Shown: positions 26,731-37,115, numbered from the stretch's first letter. The stretch is DNA of 54,021 nucleotides from an uncultured Candidatus Marinamargulisbacteria bacterium (GCA_902558105.1 CACECR010000002.1:1-54021), one strand, 5' to 3'. The notes: generated by a model from the sequence alone, not told the origin. Numbers and translations are program-made.

Positions 26731-27745
26731 AATTAATAGTTATAGTAAATGGCTAATGTCCTTAATCGTACTAATTACAATTATGGTATTAGTAGGAGGA
26801 CTTACAAGATTAACAGGTTCTGGATTATCAATGGTAGATTGGAGACCCGTTTATGGAATATTACCTCCTTTATCATTATCAGACTGGCAAGATGTGTTTA
26901 ATCAGTACAAACAATTTCCAGAATATCAGCTTAAAAACTTTAATATGACATTAGATGAGTTTAAAGTAATTTTTTATTGGGAATATATTCATAGAATACT
27001 AGGTAGAATTATTGGGTTAACTGGATTAATCCCACTTATATATTTTATCATTAAAAATAAACTTAGTAATAGTGAATTTAAACAAAGCATAATCATTAAT
27101 GTATGGATTATCATTCAAGGCATTGTAGGTTGGTATATGGTAAAAAGTGGCTTAGTTGAGAACCCAAATGTCAGTCATTTTAGATTAGCCTTTCATTTAT
27201 CACTAGCATTTAGTTTATATGCCTATCTTTGGTACTGTCTAAGTAAATTCATTAAAAGCGAACCAACAAAATATGTAAGCTCATTAATTAAAAAAGTTAT
27301 TTATACGTTCATAGGATTAGTAACAATACAATTAATTTATGGAGCATTTGTTGCTGGTTTAAAAGCCGGCTATTTATATCCAAATTTTCCCAAAATGGGT
27401 GCATATTGGATCAGCCCAGAAGCACTTAATAATGAGTCGATTATTGCAGGGTTAATAAAAAATTCATTTATGATTCAATTTATTCACAGGTCAATTGCAT
27501 GGGTCATATTAATAAGTTCACTAATAGTGGCATGGATAATAAGAAAACAACAGAATCTAAATCATTTATTAAAAATATGGAAAATAATAACCGGAGTCAT
27601 TTTACTACAGTTTATACTAGGAGTGGCTACGCTTCTTAGTAAAATGAATATACTAATTGCCAGTTGGCATCAAATGAATGCATTAATCTTAATAGCACTA
27701 CTAAGTTATGTTGTCTTTAACATAAATCAAAACCAAACAAATTAA
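26723..27745 (+). CDS. ctaA: Heme A synthase (COX15/CtaA)
   Basis: VGGLTRLTGSGLSMVDWRP, EYIHR and FIHRS His motifs. 8 TM. Confidence 0.85.
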   Translation: MIKINSYSKWLMSLIVLITIMVLVGGLTRLTGSGLSMVDWRPVYGILPPLSLSDWQDVFNQYKQFPEYQLKNFNMTLDEFKVIFYWEYIHRILGRIIGLTGLIPLIYFIIKNKLSNSEFKQSIIINVWIIIQGIVGWYMVKSGLVENPNVSHFRLAFHLSLAFSLYAYLWYCLSKFIKSEPTKYVSSLIKKVIYTFIGLVTIQLIYGAFVAGLKAGYLYPNFPKMGAYWISPEALNNESIIAGLIKNSFMIQFIHRSIAWVILISSLIVAWIIRKQQNLNHLLKIWKIITGVILLQFILGVATLLSKMNILIASWHQMNALILIALLSYVVFNINQNQTN

Positions 27746-27830
27746 AATAGCTTTTCTCAAAATCAAAAGTTTGAAAAAACTAAGATAAAATGATAAAGTT
27801 ATCGAAATATTAAATAAACTTGGTATAAAA

Positions 27831-29549
27831 ATGAGTAAAAAATCACTAACTGGTGCAGAAGTGCTAATTAAATGTTTAGAAAACAAAGGGGTAGAGTACA
27901 TATTTGGATACCCAGGTGGTGCAGCAATACCTATTTTTGATGCATTATATGATTCAAAAATTAAATTAATCCTGACACGTCATGAGCAAGGTGCAACCCA
28001 TATGGCGGATGGTTACGCAAGAACCACCGGCAAACCTGGAGTTGTTCTTGTTACAAGTGGACCTGGAGCAACAAATACCGTAACTGGAATTTTAACTTCT
28101 AGAATGGACTCCGTACCGATGATCGTACTAACAGGACAAACAACAACGCCAAATTTAGGAAAAGATGCCTTTCAAGAGGCAGATGTTTTCGGAATAACAG
28201 CACCCATTGTTAAACATAGTTATTTAGTTAAAGATCAAAACGAGATTGCTACAATAGTTGAAGAATCATTTGAAATTTGTAATACAGGAAGACCAGGACC
28301 TGTGGTTATTGATTTACCGAAAGATATTACCAGTGCGGATACGGTAATGCCTGAAAAAATTACGATTGATCTTCCAGGATTCAAAAAAACACCCAAGGCA
28401 AATCATTCAGATATTGAACATTTAGCTAAAACATTAAAAGGAGCCAAAAAACCATTGATTGTTGTGGGTCAGGGCGTTGTGATCTCAAGAGCGGCAACAG
28501 CCATTCAAAAGCTGGCTGAAAAACTTAATGCTCCAGTTACATCAACTCTTTTAGGTAAAGGAGGATTTCCTGAAACACATGATTTATCAGTTGGAATGCT
28601 TGGGATGCATGGAACAGCTTATGCAAATAGATGCGTAGAACACTGTGATTTAATTTTCTCAATTGGATCTAGATGGGATGACCGAATTAGACCCGGCAAT
28701 GCTGAAGAATTTTGTCCTAATGCCAAAAAATGTCATATTGATATTGATCCAGCTGAAGTAAATAGAATTATTAAAGTAGACGCCAGTGTTGTTGGTGATG
28801 CAAAAGAGATAGTTGAAAGACTTGTCCCATTAGTAGAGCCATTAGAAACAAAAGAATGGTTAGAAACAGTAAATAAATGGAAGAAAAAATTTCCATTATC
28901 ATATAAAATTCAAGGTGGTTTAAAAGCTCAGCATGTAATTGAAAAAATATATGAACTATCAAAAGGTAATGCAATTGTTACAGCGGATGTTGGACAACAT
29001 CAAATGTGGGCGGCTCAATTTTACAGAACAGCTAAACCCAATCGTTGGCTAAATTCTGGTGGGGCTGGAACAATGGGCTTTGGATTTCCAGCTGCAATTG
29101 GAGCACAACTAGCCGAACCAAAAGAATGTGTTATCGCTATTGTTGGTGATGGAGGTTTTCAAATGACACTTTGTGAGCTTTCAACAGCGATGCTTCATAA
29201 GTTACCAATTAAAATATTAATTATAGATAATAAATATCTCGGAATGGTTAGACAATGGCAATCCTTATTTTATGAAGAAAGGCTATCGGGAGTAGATTTA
29301 GAAGGAAATCCAGATTTTGTTAAATTAGGAGAGTCGTATGGAATTAAAGGCTTTCGAATTAAACGTGCCGCCGATATCGAAAAAGTTTTATCAAAAGCAC
29401 TAGCCTATAATGAAGGTCCATGTATTATACATGCGGAAGTAGTTAAAGAAGACAACGTTTTTCCTATGATTCCAGCTGGTAAATCAGCTGCAGATATGAT
29501 TATTAACCCTCCAAAAAAAGCATTAGAAAAACCAGAAGGAAGTACATAA
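27831..29549 (+). CDS. ilvB: Acetolactate synthase large subunit
   Basis: TPP enzyme motifs: GYPGGA..PIFDAL, HEQGA.HMADGYAR.TGKPGV, GGAGTMGFGFPAAIGA, GDGGFQM. Confidence 0.93.
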   Translation: MSKKSLTGAEVLIKCLENKGVEYIFGYPGGAAIPIFDALYDSKIKLILTRHEQGATHMADGYARTTGKPGVVLVTSGPGATNTVTGILTSRMDSVPMIVLTGQTTTPNLGKDAFQEADVFGITAPIVKHSYLVKDQNEIATIVEESFEICNTGRPGPVVIDLPKDITSADTVMPEKITIDLPGFKKTPKANHSDIEHLAKTLKGAKKPLIVVGQGVVISRAATAIQKLAEKLNAPVTSTLLGKGGFPETHDLSVGMLGMHGTAYANRCVEHCDLIFSIGSRWDDRIRPGNAEEFCPNAKKCHIDIDPAEVNRIIKVDASVVGDAKEIVERLVPLVEPLETKEWLETVNKWKKKFPLSYKIQGGLKAQHVIEKIYELSKGNAIVTADVGQHQMWAAQFYRTAKPNRWLNSGGAGTMGFGFPAAIGAQLAEPKECVIAIVGDGGFQMTLCELSTAMLHKLPIKILIIDNKYLGMVRQWQSLFYEERLSGVDLEGNPDFVKLGESYGIKGFRIKRAADIEKVLSKALAYNEGPCIIHAEVVKEDNVFPMIPAGKSAADMIINPPKKALEKPEGST

Positions 29550-30037
29550 TGGATCAACACACAATTAGTTTATTTGTTAATAATAAGCCAGGCGTATTGT
29601 TAAGAGTTGCACTTATCTTTTCTAGAAGAGCATTCAATATTGAATCGTTAGTAGTATCATCTGCCATGGATGGCAAATACTCTAGAATGACAATCACAGC
29701 TTCTGGTGACAGCAAAACATTAGAAGAAATAATTAAACAAGCCAATAACCTAGTAGATGTAATTCATGCTGGAGAACATATAGAGTCGGAATCTATTGAG
29801 AAAGAGCTAGCATTTATAAAAATGAAAATAAATGCCACAAATCGAACAGAGATTTTACAGATTGTAGATAATTTCAAATCTGAAACAGTTGATCTCACTC
29901 ATGAATCATTAATTATTCAAGTTACTGGTAAAACAGACAAATTAGATGCCATGATCGAACTATTAAGTCATTATGAAGTCATTGAAATAGTTCGAACTGG
30001 AAAAGTAGTTATGGCAAGAGGCGATTTAAACACTTAA
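29549..30037 (+). CDS. ilvN: Acetolactate synthase small (regulatory) subunit
   Basis: ACT-domain N-terminus HTISLFVNNKPGVLLRVALIFSRRAFNIESL. TAATG overlap with ilvB. Confidence 0.9.
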   Translation: MDQHTISLFVNNKPGVLLRVALIFSRRAFNIESLVVSSAMDGKYSRMTITASGDSKTLEEIIKQANNLVDVIHAGEHIESESIEKELAFIKMKINATNRTEILQIVDNFKSETVDLTHESLIIQVTGKTDKLDAMIELLSHYEVIEIVRTGKVVMARGDLNT

Positions 30038-30038
30038 A

Positions 30039-30821
30039 TTAGTTATTTGTAACTAGCTCGTGTAATCCATATCCAATTGTATAATCCATTAACTTTGGAA
30101 AAAATGCTGGTGCAAAATAATATATTTTGTCTTGTGTTCTTGATGAAGACCAGTTAATAGGTTTACTTCCCATACCGAATGTAAAATGAATAGCTACATT
30201 AGACATACTCGCATACGACTCTTGATTAGCTTCTACAGGCATTTGAATAGCCGATAAAGAAAGCTTAGATTCCAACGTAAAGAAATAACGCTCAGTTTCA
30301 TAAACCCATTTCTCAAATGCTACTTGTAAAGCCGGACCTGCCAAAAAATATCCAGCATTACCTAGACCAGAGTTTCTATGAAACACGTCTGAATCCGTAA
30401 ACTTAACATGAGGATGAGCTAAAACTCCACCTATACCCATTCGAAAAAACTCTCGATCTTTCAATCTCCAAACTTTATTAAATAACACAAGATTATAACC
30501 ATCGGAAATATGAAAAGTCTCTAAAGATTCAGAAGGGTTACTTAGATAAACTTTATGGTGAATTAATTCAATACCATACGCAATATCATCAGTCCATTTT
30601 TCAACTCTAAATGCCCAATATGGGGAATCTGTAAATGAGCGTGACTTATAATTTCCATCAATAGTATAACTTTCCGAAGGGCGAACTATTTTTAATTTAC
30701 TATCGAAATTATAAGATCCACCTGACAAACCAGTAAAATACACACCATTTTTTAATGACTCAGCATTTAAATTGAAACAGCAAAAAAAGGTTAAAAACAG
30801 TATTAAAAATAAACGATACAT
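30039..30821 (-). CDS. Putative outer-membrane/secreted beta-rich protein
   Basis: Start trimmed to MYRLFLILFLTFFCCFNLNA (signal peptide), preceded by AAGGAGGG. Family not recognised. Confidence 0.45.
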   Translation of the reverse strand: MYRLFLILFLTFFCCFNLNAESLKNGVYFTGLSGGSYNFDSKLKIVRPSESYTIDGNYKSRSFTDSPYWAFRVEKWTDDIAYGIELIHHKVYLSNPSESLETFHISDGYNLVLFNKVWRLKDREFFRMGIGGVLAHPHVKFTDSDVFHRNSGLGNAGYFLAGPALQVAFEKWVYETERYFFTLESKLSLSAIQMPVEANQESYASMSNVAIHFTFGMGSKPINWSSSRTQDKIYYFAPAFFPKLMDYTIGYGLHELVTNN

Positions 30822-30905
30822 TTGACACTCCCTCCTTACTTGGCACTTGCCTAAATCACTCAACTTAGTTAGAGTTTAATTAAGTATAAATGATACGGAG
30901 ATATT

Positions 30906-31970
30906 ATGCCAGGTAATTCCTTTGGAACATTATTTAAATTTATGACATTTGGCGAAAGTCATGGACCTGGAATTGGCGTTATTATAGATGGAGTTCCTCC
31001 AAATATACCACTTACAGAAGAAGATATTCAGTTTGATTTAGATAGAAGAAAACCTGGACAAAGTGATATTACAACTCCAAGAAAAGAAGAAGATAAAGTA
31101 GAAATTTTATCTGGAGTGTTCGATGGTAAAACTACAGGAGTCCCTATCGCACTTCTTATTAGAAACAAAGATCAACATTCTAAAGATTACTCAGCTATAG
31201 AAAATACGTTTAGACCAGGACATGCAGATTATACATACCAAATGAAATATGGAATAAGAGATCATAGAGGAGGGGGGCGATCATCTGGACGAGAAACAGC
31301 TTGCCGTGTTGCTGCAGGTGCAATAGCTAAAAAAATTCTTAAAAAGCATAATATTGAAGTAGTTGCCTTTACAAAACAAGTTGGCAGCATTAAAGGTAAT
31401 ACTTTTGATTACTCGGAAATTGAAAAAAACAATGTTAGAGCCGCTGATCCGGTTGCCGCTCAAAAAATGATTGAATGTATTCACGAGTATAAAGAACGTG
31501 GCGACTCAATTGGAGGTATAGTTGAATGTCATATCAATGGGTGCTTTCCTGGTCTGGGAGAACCACTTTATGACAAATTAGATGCGGTACTATCACATGC
31601 ATTAATGTCAATTGGAACAATCAAAGGAATTGCATTTGGTGCAGGTTTCGATGTGGCCACCATGTCTGGATATGAAAATAATGACAAATATATAATGACA
31701 GATGGAAAAGTAAGCTCTGAAACAAATTATAGTGGTGGAATAACTGGAGGATTATCAAACGGTGAAAATATTACACTTCAATTAGCTGTAAAACCACCAT
31801 CCTCAATAACAAAAGAACAAAAGTCAGTAACGAAAGATGGTTCAAATACGACTATTCAAGTTCATGGCCGTCATGATCCATGCATTTGTCCTAGAGTCAT
31901 TCCTGTTGCAGAAGCCATGTGTGCCGTTACAATGGCAGACATGCTATTACTGCACAAAGCTTACCATTAA
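30906..31970 (+). CDS. aroC: Chorismate synthase
   Basis: FGESHGPGIGVIIDG.P, RPGHADYTY, GGGRSSGRET, GRHDPC motifs. Confidence 0.93.
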   Translation: MPGNSFGTLFKFMTFGESHGPGIGVIIDGVPPNIPLTEEDIQFDLDRRKPGQSDITTPRKEEDKVEILSGVFDGKTTGVPIALLIRNKDQHSKDYSAIENTFRPGHADYTYQMKYGIRDHRGGGRSSGRETACRVAAGAIAKKILKKHNIEVVAFTKQVGSIKGNTFDYSEIEKNNVRAADPVAAQKMIECIHEYKERGDSIGGIVECHINGCFPGLGEPLYDKLDAVLSHALMSIGTIKGIAFGAGFDVATMSGYENNDKYIMTDGKVSSETNYSGGITGGLSNGENITLQLAVKPPSSITKEQKSVTKDGSNTTIQVHGRHDPCICPRVIPVAEAMCAVTMADMLLLHKAYH

Positions 31971-32915
31971 CTATCTACAAATAAATTCAACAAAATATTC
32001 TTTTACTTGAAATCCAAAAGATTCGTATAAGCGCACAGCCGTTTTATTAGAAATAGTGACACCTAAACCAAGCTGCGAAAAACCAGACAGTTGAGTTTGT
32101 TCAACTATATAATTCAAAAAATATTTTGCGTATCCAAAACCTTGATACTTTGGAAGTAAACTGAAGTCCATAATCCAAATAATTTTTTCGGAGTTCCAAC
32201 CATCCATTATTACGGCACTACACACACCAATATAGTCTTTATGACATTTCATTAAAAATGAAGACTTATGAGCGTAAGGATTAAATAGTTCATCAAGTAA
32301 ACATTTTTCCATTTTAATGCGGTCATCTGAATTGAAAAAATCATGATATCCTTCAACTGCATGTCTAATACGATGAGCCGCAGTACTAATTGATGCCAAG
32401 TGATTCAAGTTATTTATTGATATGGGCTCAAATTTGAGATGAGAAGGATATTGAACAGGCGTTAAATCATCATTTATCGAGTACAACATACGTTGACGTG
32501 GTTTTTCAAGCAATCCAAAATTAATAAAAATATCATTGACTAAATGATCTTTACGAAAATGAATTAATTCAAAAACAAAATTGGATAATTGATGAGTTGT
32601 TAAAAATTGAGAAATCAAATTAACATAGTCATTATCAGATTCTGAATAAGTATATACTGTTCCATAATGAGGTTGTAAAGTTTCTAATACGATAAAGGAT
32701 TTCACCACACCATTATCAACAAATCCATAACTTGTTGAATTTGATGAATGAATTTTATCTGTAATAAAATTTTTAACAGTAGTTTTTGGATCATATTCAC
32801 TACATATTGTATGAAGTGAACTTAAAATAGACTGATAATCTAAATTGTTTAAATCTTTTAAATTAGATAAGTGAATCATAATAATCAGTTTATCGTTAAA
32901 TAGTAAAAAAAACAC
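31971..32915 (-). CDS. GNAT-family N-acetyltransferase (C-terminal domain) with unknown N-terminal domain
   Basis: C-terminal ..YQGFGYAKYFLNYIVEQ....LGLGVTISNKTAVRLYESFGFQV is acetyl-CoA-binding motif A. The true start may be the internal MIHLSNL (32879). Confidence 0.65.
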   Translation of the reverse strand: MFFLLFNDKLIIMIHLSNLKDLNNLDYQSILSSLHTICSEYDPKTTVKNFITDKIHSSNSTSYGFVDNGVVKSFIVLETLQPHYGTVYTYSESDNDYVNLISQFLTTHQLSNFVFELIHFRKDHLVNDIFINFGLLEKPRQRMLYSINDDLTPVQYPSHLKFEPISINNLNHLASISTAAHRIRHAVEGYHDFFNSDDRIKMEKCLLDELFNPYAHKSSFLMKCHKDYIGVCSAVIMDGWNSEKIIWIMDFSLLPKYQGFGYAKYFLNYIVEQTQLSGFSQLGLGVTISNKTAVRLYESFGFQVKEYFVEFICR

Positions 32916-33040
32916 TATTATAATTTTTTTAAGATATAGGGGGATAGGGTATATAAAGTATCAAAAAATTATATCGATTTTATATGATTTAATACACTGA
33001 AATGAGGCTAAAAAAAACAATAAAGAAAGTAAGAAATAAA

Positions 33041-33058
33041 TTGATTTTTAAAAATCAA
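33041..33058. promoter_or_regulatory. Perfect 18-bp palindrome TTGATTTTTAAAAATCAA upstream of the RNR gene
   Basis: Read directly. It could be an operator or simply an AT-rich coincidence. Confidence 0.2.
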
Positions 33059-33076
33059 ATATGCCATAATTTAAAA

Positions 33077-33092
33077 TACAGTTAAAACTGTA
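33077..33092. promoter_or_regulatory. Perfect 7-2-7 palindrome TACAGTTAAAACTGTA upstream of the RNR gene
   Basis: Read directly, about 80 nt before the ATG at 33172. Loosely NrdR-box-like in size (16 bp, ACA..TGT arms). Confidence 0.25.
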
Positions 33093-33171
33093 ATTCACAA
33101 AAAAATCACTCTCAGAATTTTTTTTAATGTATTATTAACACCTATTCCAAGGTTCTTTAAAAGGAGATCTA

Positions 33172-35937
33172 ATGTCCCCCATTTCTCAACTGGTAAAACG
33201 AAACGGAAAAACAGTCAACTACGACAAAAAAAGAATATTAGTTGCAATTGAAAAAGCATTTTTATCATGCAATATTAACGATATAACTGCTGTAGCATCA
33301 TTAGCCGATGAAGTTGATACAAAGTTATCACAATTTAATAAAGAAATAGTTGATGTTGAGTTAGTACAAGATACAGTTGAATCAACTTTAATGATGAACC
33401 ATCACTTCAACGTTGCTAAAAACTTTATATTATACAGAGAAAGACAAAAGTTAATAAGACAAGAAAATGTATTAGAACAAGTTGTTAACCACTCACTTGA
33501 AGTATCAAAAGAAACTGGCGAATCTGACATATTCAAAAAAGAAGTGATTCAAGATCGATTAAAAAGTCTTGCTCAAAATCTTAAAAATATAAATATTAAC
33601 TCAATCGTTGAAGGTATCACAAAACAAGTTTATCAAGGTATTACAACAGAAGAGATTGATAAAATCACACTTTCAGCAATTAGAGATAGAATTGAAAAAC
33701 ATTATGATTACTCATACCTTTGTAGCAGATTAGTTTTACAAAACCTATATAAAACTATATTAGACACTGGCCTAAGAAGTCCAAATCTAAATAACATATA
33801 TAAATCTAATTTTAAAAATTACTTAACTCAAGGTATAAAGTTAGATATGTTAAATCCTGAATTAACAAATTTTGACTTAGAAAAAATTGCTAATGAACTT
33901 ATTCCTGAACGAGATTTGTTATTTAAGTATCTTGGAATGCAAATCATTTCGGATAGATATTTATTAAGAGATCGTAGTAAAGAGTTCAAAATTTATGAAC
34001 TTCCTCAATATTTCTGGATGAGAGTTGCTATGGGACTTGCCTTAAATAAACCTAATGCAACTGAAGAAGCCATTTCTTTCTACCATGTATTATCAAAAAT
34101 GGATTTAGTATCATCAACTCCAACTCTATTTAATAGTGGAACTACACACAGTCAAATGAGTTCATGCTACATTAATATTTCTGAGGATTCCTTAGATGGT
34201 ATTTTCAAGCTTTACTCTGACAATGCTCAATTAAGTAAATGGGCGGGTGGCATTGGAACAGATTGGACGCAAGTACGTGCAACCGGGTCCAAAATTAAAG
34301 GCACTAACGGAGCTTCTCAAGGAGTTATCCCATTCATTAAAATTTTTAATGATGTAGCTTTGGCTGTTAATCAAGGTGGAAAACGTAAAGGTGCTATGTG
34401 TGCTTACATGGAAATATGGCATGCAGACTTTGAGCAGTATATTGAACTTAAGAAAAACACAGGAGATGAAAGACGACGAGCCCATGATATCAACACGGCG
34501 GCTTGGATTCCAGACCTTTTCTTAAAAAGGGTAAAAGAAGATGGAAATTGGACTTATTTCTGTCCAAGTGAGGCACCTGAACTGCATGATTTATATGGAA
34601 AAGCTTTTGAAGAAAAGTACGTAGAATATGAATCGAAGAACTTATCTACAGCACGCACTGTAAAAGCGTTAGATCTATGGAGAAAAATGTTAACCATGTT
34701 GTTCGAAACAGGTCATCCATGGATTACATTTAAAGATGCAATGAACGTCAGAAACCCACAAGATCATGCGGGTGTTATTCATTCTTCTAATCTATGTACA
34801 GAAATTGCATTAAACACTTCAAAAGACGAAACCGCCGTTTGTAATTTAGCTAGCATCAACTTATCTAATATGATTAGTGGAGGTAAACTAAACGAAGAAA
34901 AAATCAAAGAAACAGTAACTATTGGTATGAGAATGTTAGATAATGTTATAGATAACAATTTCTATCCAACAATAGAAGCCAAAAATTCAAATTTAAAACA
35001 CCGTCCTGTTGGGCTAGGTCTAATGGGATATCAAGATGCTCTATACAAACTAGACTTATGTTTTGATACAGATGAAGCCGTGGAATTTGCTGATCAATCG
35101 ATGGAAATGATTTCATTTTATGCAATTAATGCTAGTTCTGAACTGGCTAAAGAAAGAGGCTCATATGAAAGTTTTGAAGGTAGTAAATGGTCAAGAGGAA
35201 TATTCCCATTTGATACATTAGAGCTTTTGGAAAAAGAGCGTGGTATTGAACTAAAAGTCAACAAAACAACACGTATGAATTGGGATGAACTTAAAAATAA
35301 AGTAAAATCTCAAGGTATGAGAAATTCAAACACCATGGCAATTGCACCAACCGCAACTATTGCAAATATTGCAGGTGTTTATCCATGTACTGAACCAGCC
35401 TATAAAAATATTTATATGAAGGAAAATTTATCTGGAAACTTCATTGTCATTAATGATCACTTAATCGACTCTTTAAATGAGATTGAATTATGGAATGACA
35501 ACATATTAAATCAAATTAAAATCGACAATGGATCTTTAGCTAAGATTTTAGAAATTCCTGAAAATATTAGAAATAAGTATAAAGAAGTCTTTGAGATTGA
35601 GTCTGAATGGATTATTAAATCAGCTTCAAGACGATCAAAATGGATTGATCAATCAGCTTCAACAAATATTTTTCTTAGCACAACATCAGGTAAATTATTA
35701 AATGATACCTATACAATGGCATGGGAATACGGACTTAAGACAACATATTATTTAAGAAGCTTAGGAGCTACACAAATACAGAAAATGACCGTTCAGACTA
35801 AATCTGATGAAAGCAATCCAGAAAATAAACAAACACTTAATGCTACTAATGTGTCTAGTAAACCTATAAGTCAAGAAAACATTCCAGAAGTACCAGTTTG
35901 TAAACTTAACGACCCTAGCTGCGAAGCTTGTCAATAA
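33172..35937 (+). CDS. nrdA: Ribonucleoside-diphosphate reductase alpha subunit (class I-like) with N-terminal ATP-cone
   Basis: ATP-cone VKRNGKTVNYDKKRI. STPTLFNSGT. SSCYI. Active site SSNLCTEIAL. C-terminal redox pair CEAC. AAGGAG Shine-Dalgarno site upstream. Confidence 0.85.
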   Translation: MSPISQLVKRNGKTVNYDKKRILVAIEKAFLSCNINDITAVASLADEVDTKLSQFNKEIVDVELVQDTVESTLMMNHHFNVAKNFILYRERQKLIRQENVLEQVVNHSLEVSKETGESDIFKKEVIQDRLKSLAQNLKNININSIVEGITKQVYQGITTEEIDKITLSAIRDRIEKHYDYSYLCSRLVLQNLYKTILDTGLRSPNLNNIYKSNFKNYLTQGIKLDMLNPELTNFDLEKIANELIPERDLLFKYLGMQIISDRYLLRDRSKEFKIYELPQYFWMRVAMGLALNKPNATEEAISFYHVLSKMDLVSSTPTLFNSGTTHSQMSSCYINISEDSLDGIFKLYSDNAQLSKWAGGIGTDWTQVRATGSKIKGTNGASQGVIPFIKIFNDVALAVNQGGKRKGAMCAYMEIWHADFEQYIELKKNTGDERRRAHDINTAAWIPDLFLKRVKEDGNWTYFCPSEAPELHDLYGKAFEEKYVEYESKNLSTARTVKALDLWRKMLTMLFETGHPWITFKDAMNVRNPQDHAGVIHSSNLCTEIALNTSKDETAVCNLASINLSNMISGGKLNEEKIKETVTIGMRMLDNVIDNNFYPTIEAKNSNLKHRPVGLGLMGYQDALYKLDLCFDTDEAVEFADQSMEMISFYAINASSELAKERGSYESFEGSKWSRGIFPFDTLELLEKERGIELKVNKTTRMNWDELKNKVKSQGMRNSNTMAIAPTATIANIAGVYPCTEPAYKNIYMKENLSGNFIVINDHLIDSLNEIELWNDNILNQIKIDNGSLAKILEIPENIRNKYKEVFEIESEWIIKSASRRSKWIDQSASTNIFLSTTSGKLLNDTYTMAWEYGLKTTYYLRSLGATQIQKMTVQTKSDESNPENKQTLNATNVSSKPISQENIPEVPVCKLNDPSCEACQ

Positions 35938-35942
35938 TTAAG

Positions 35943-36680
35943 ATGCCTTCTGTGACAAAACGATTTACAAATAAAACCGTTTTAATCACAGGAGGCAGCA
36001 GGGGACTTGGAAAGGCTATTGCAAATGACTTTGCAAGTGAGGGTGCAAATTTAATATTAATTGCAAGAAATAAAGTACAATTAAATGATGTAAAAAAAAA
36101 TCTTATCACAAAATACAATTCCGAGATATTGACGATTGATACAGACTTAGGAAATACACATAATATTAACTCTGCATTTAAATTAATAAAAGATCAAAAT
36201 ATAAAACTTGATTATGTAATAAATAATGCAGGATATTTAAAACCACAGTCAATATTTGAATTAGAAATTGAAACTTGGACTAACACTTTTAATGTAAATG
36301 TTACGGCACCATTACTCATTAGTCAAAAATCAATATCATTATTTAACCAAGACCCAAAATCGGATAAAGCGATTATAAATATTTCATCATTATCAGGGAT
36401 TCCACAAATAGAAAAATTTCCGAACATGACAAGTTATATTGCTGCAAAACATGCTGTAAATGGATTAACAGAGGGATTATCAGTAGAATTAAAAGATAAA
36501 GGTATAAGAGTAAATGCCATAGCACCAGGGGCTATCAACACGGATATGTTAAGAAGCTTATTTCCAAATTATCACTCGCAAACTGAAAGCTCAGAAATAT
36601 CTCCAATTGTGATACAATTATGTGATCCAAAAGTATCAAAATATTTGACGGGTACAATTATTCCAATTCAATGTAATTAA
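35943..36680 (+). CDS. Short-chain dehydrogenase/reductase, candidate sepiapterin-reductase-type enzyme
   Basis: Start trimmed from the track TTG (35928) to the ATG at 35943. TGGSRGLG cofactor motif, NNAG, S...YIAAKHAV (YxxxK). The functional call comes from its adjacency to PTPS and folE. Confidence 0.6.
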   Translation: MPSVTKRFTNKTVLITGGSRGLGKAIANDFASEGANLILIARNKVQLNDVKKNLITKYNSEILTIDTDLGNTHNINSAFKLIKDQNIKLDYVINNAGYLKPQSIFELEIETWTNTFNVNVTAPLLISQKSISLFNQDPKSDKAIINISSLSGIPQIEKFPNMTSYIAAKHAVNGLTEGLSVELKDKGIRVNAIAPGAINTDMLRSLFPNYHSQTESSEISPIVIQLCDPKVSKYLTGTIIPIQCN

Positions 36681-36692
36681 AGGAAAGTAAAT

Positions 36693-37115
36693 ATGAAACA
36701 AATAATAGAACTTACCAGAAGAGAACGATTTGCAGCATCACACAGACTTCATTCAAAACAATTATCAGATGAGGAAAATAAAAAAATTTATGGTATATGC
36801 AATAATTCTCACGGACATGGTCATAATTATGAATTATTTGTAACAATTAAATCTGAAATCGATCCAATTACTGGAATGATTATTAATTTAAAAGATCTTA
36901 AAAAAATTATTAAAGAACATGTAATCAAAAAGTTTGATCATAAACACCTTGATCTTGATTGTGACTTATTTAATGATATTCCATCTACAGTTGAAAATAT
37001 TACAATTGTTATATGGGATATACTAGACCCGTTATTAAATGGCATGCTTCATAAAGTTAAGGTTTACGAAACTGAAAATAACTATGCTAGTTATTATGGG
37101 CCTGAATCCAATTAA
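36693..37115 (+). CDS. 6-pyruvoyl-tetrahydropterin synthase (PTPS, eukaryote/cyanobacteria-like motif)
   Basis: FAASHRLHS, ICNNSHGHGHNYELFVTI (animal PTPS reads CNNPNGHGHNY as I recall it), FDHKHLD. The Cys, Asp-His and three His zinc ligands are all present. Confidence 0.8.
   Translation: MKQIIELTRRERFAASHRLHSKQLSDEENKKIYGICNNSHGHGHNYELFVTIKSEIDPITGMIINLKDLKKIIKEHVIKKFDHKHLDLDCDLFNDIPSTVENITIVIWDILDPLLNGMLHKVKVYETENNYASYYGPESN

Noticed and set aside
27746-27830. Leader-peptide attenuator upstream of ilvBN.
   Set aside because: The spacer is only 85 nt. There is no short ORF rich in Val/Ile/Leu codons and no alternative hairpins followed by a T-run.
32916-33171. Possible cobalamin riboswitch in the long leader of the RNR gene.
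   Set aside because: The enzyme has the class I-type NLCTEI active site and a C-terminal CxxC, so there is no B12 dependence to regulate. The leader is extremely AT-rich and has no GC-paired helices or anything resembling a B12 box. This could not be tested with a covariance model here.
33172-35937. RNR alpha subunit without an adjacent beta subunit, considered as an anomaly.
   Set aside because: nrdA and nrdB are unlinked in many bacteria. Nothing in the sequence indicates a non-canonical class.
36693-37115. Reading the PTPS homolog as QueD (queuosine pathway).
   Set aside because: The motif CNNSHGHGHNY matches the BH4-type PTPS rather than the E. coli QueD HKCGRLHGHS pattern as I recall it. 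The neighbours are an SDR, a GT and folE, not queC or queE. A dual role cannot be excluded without phylogeny.
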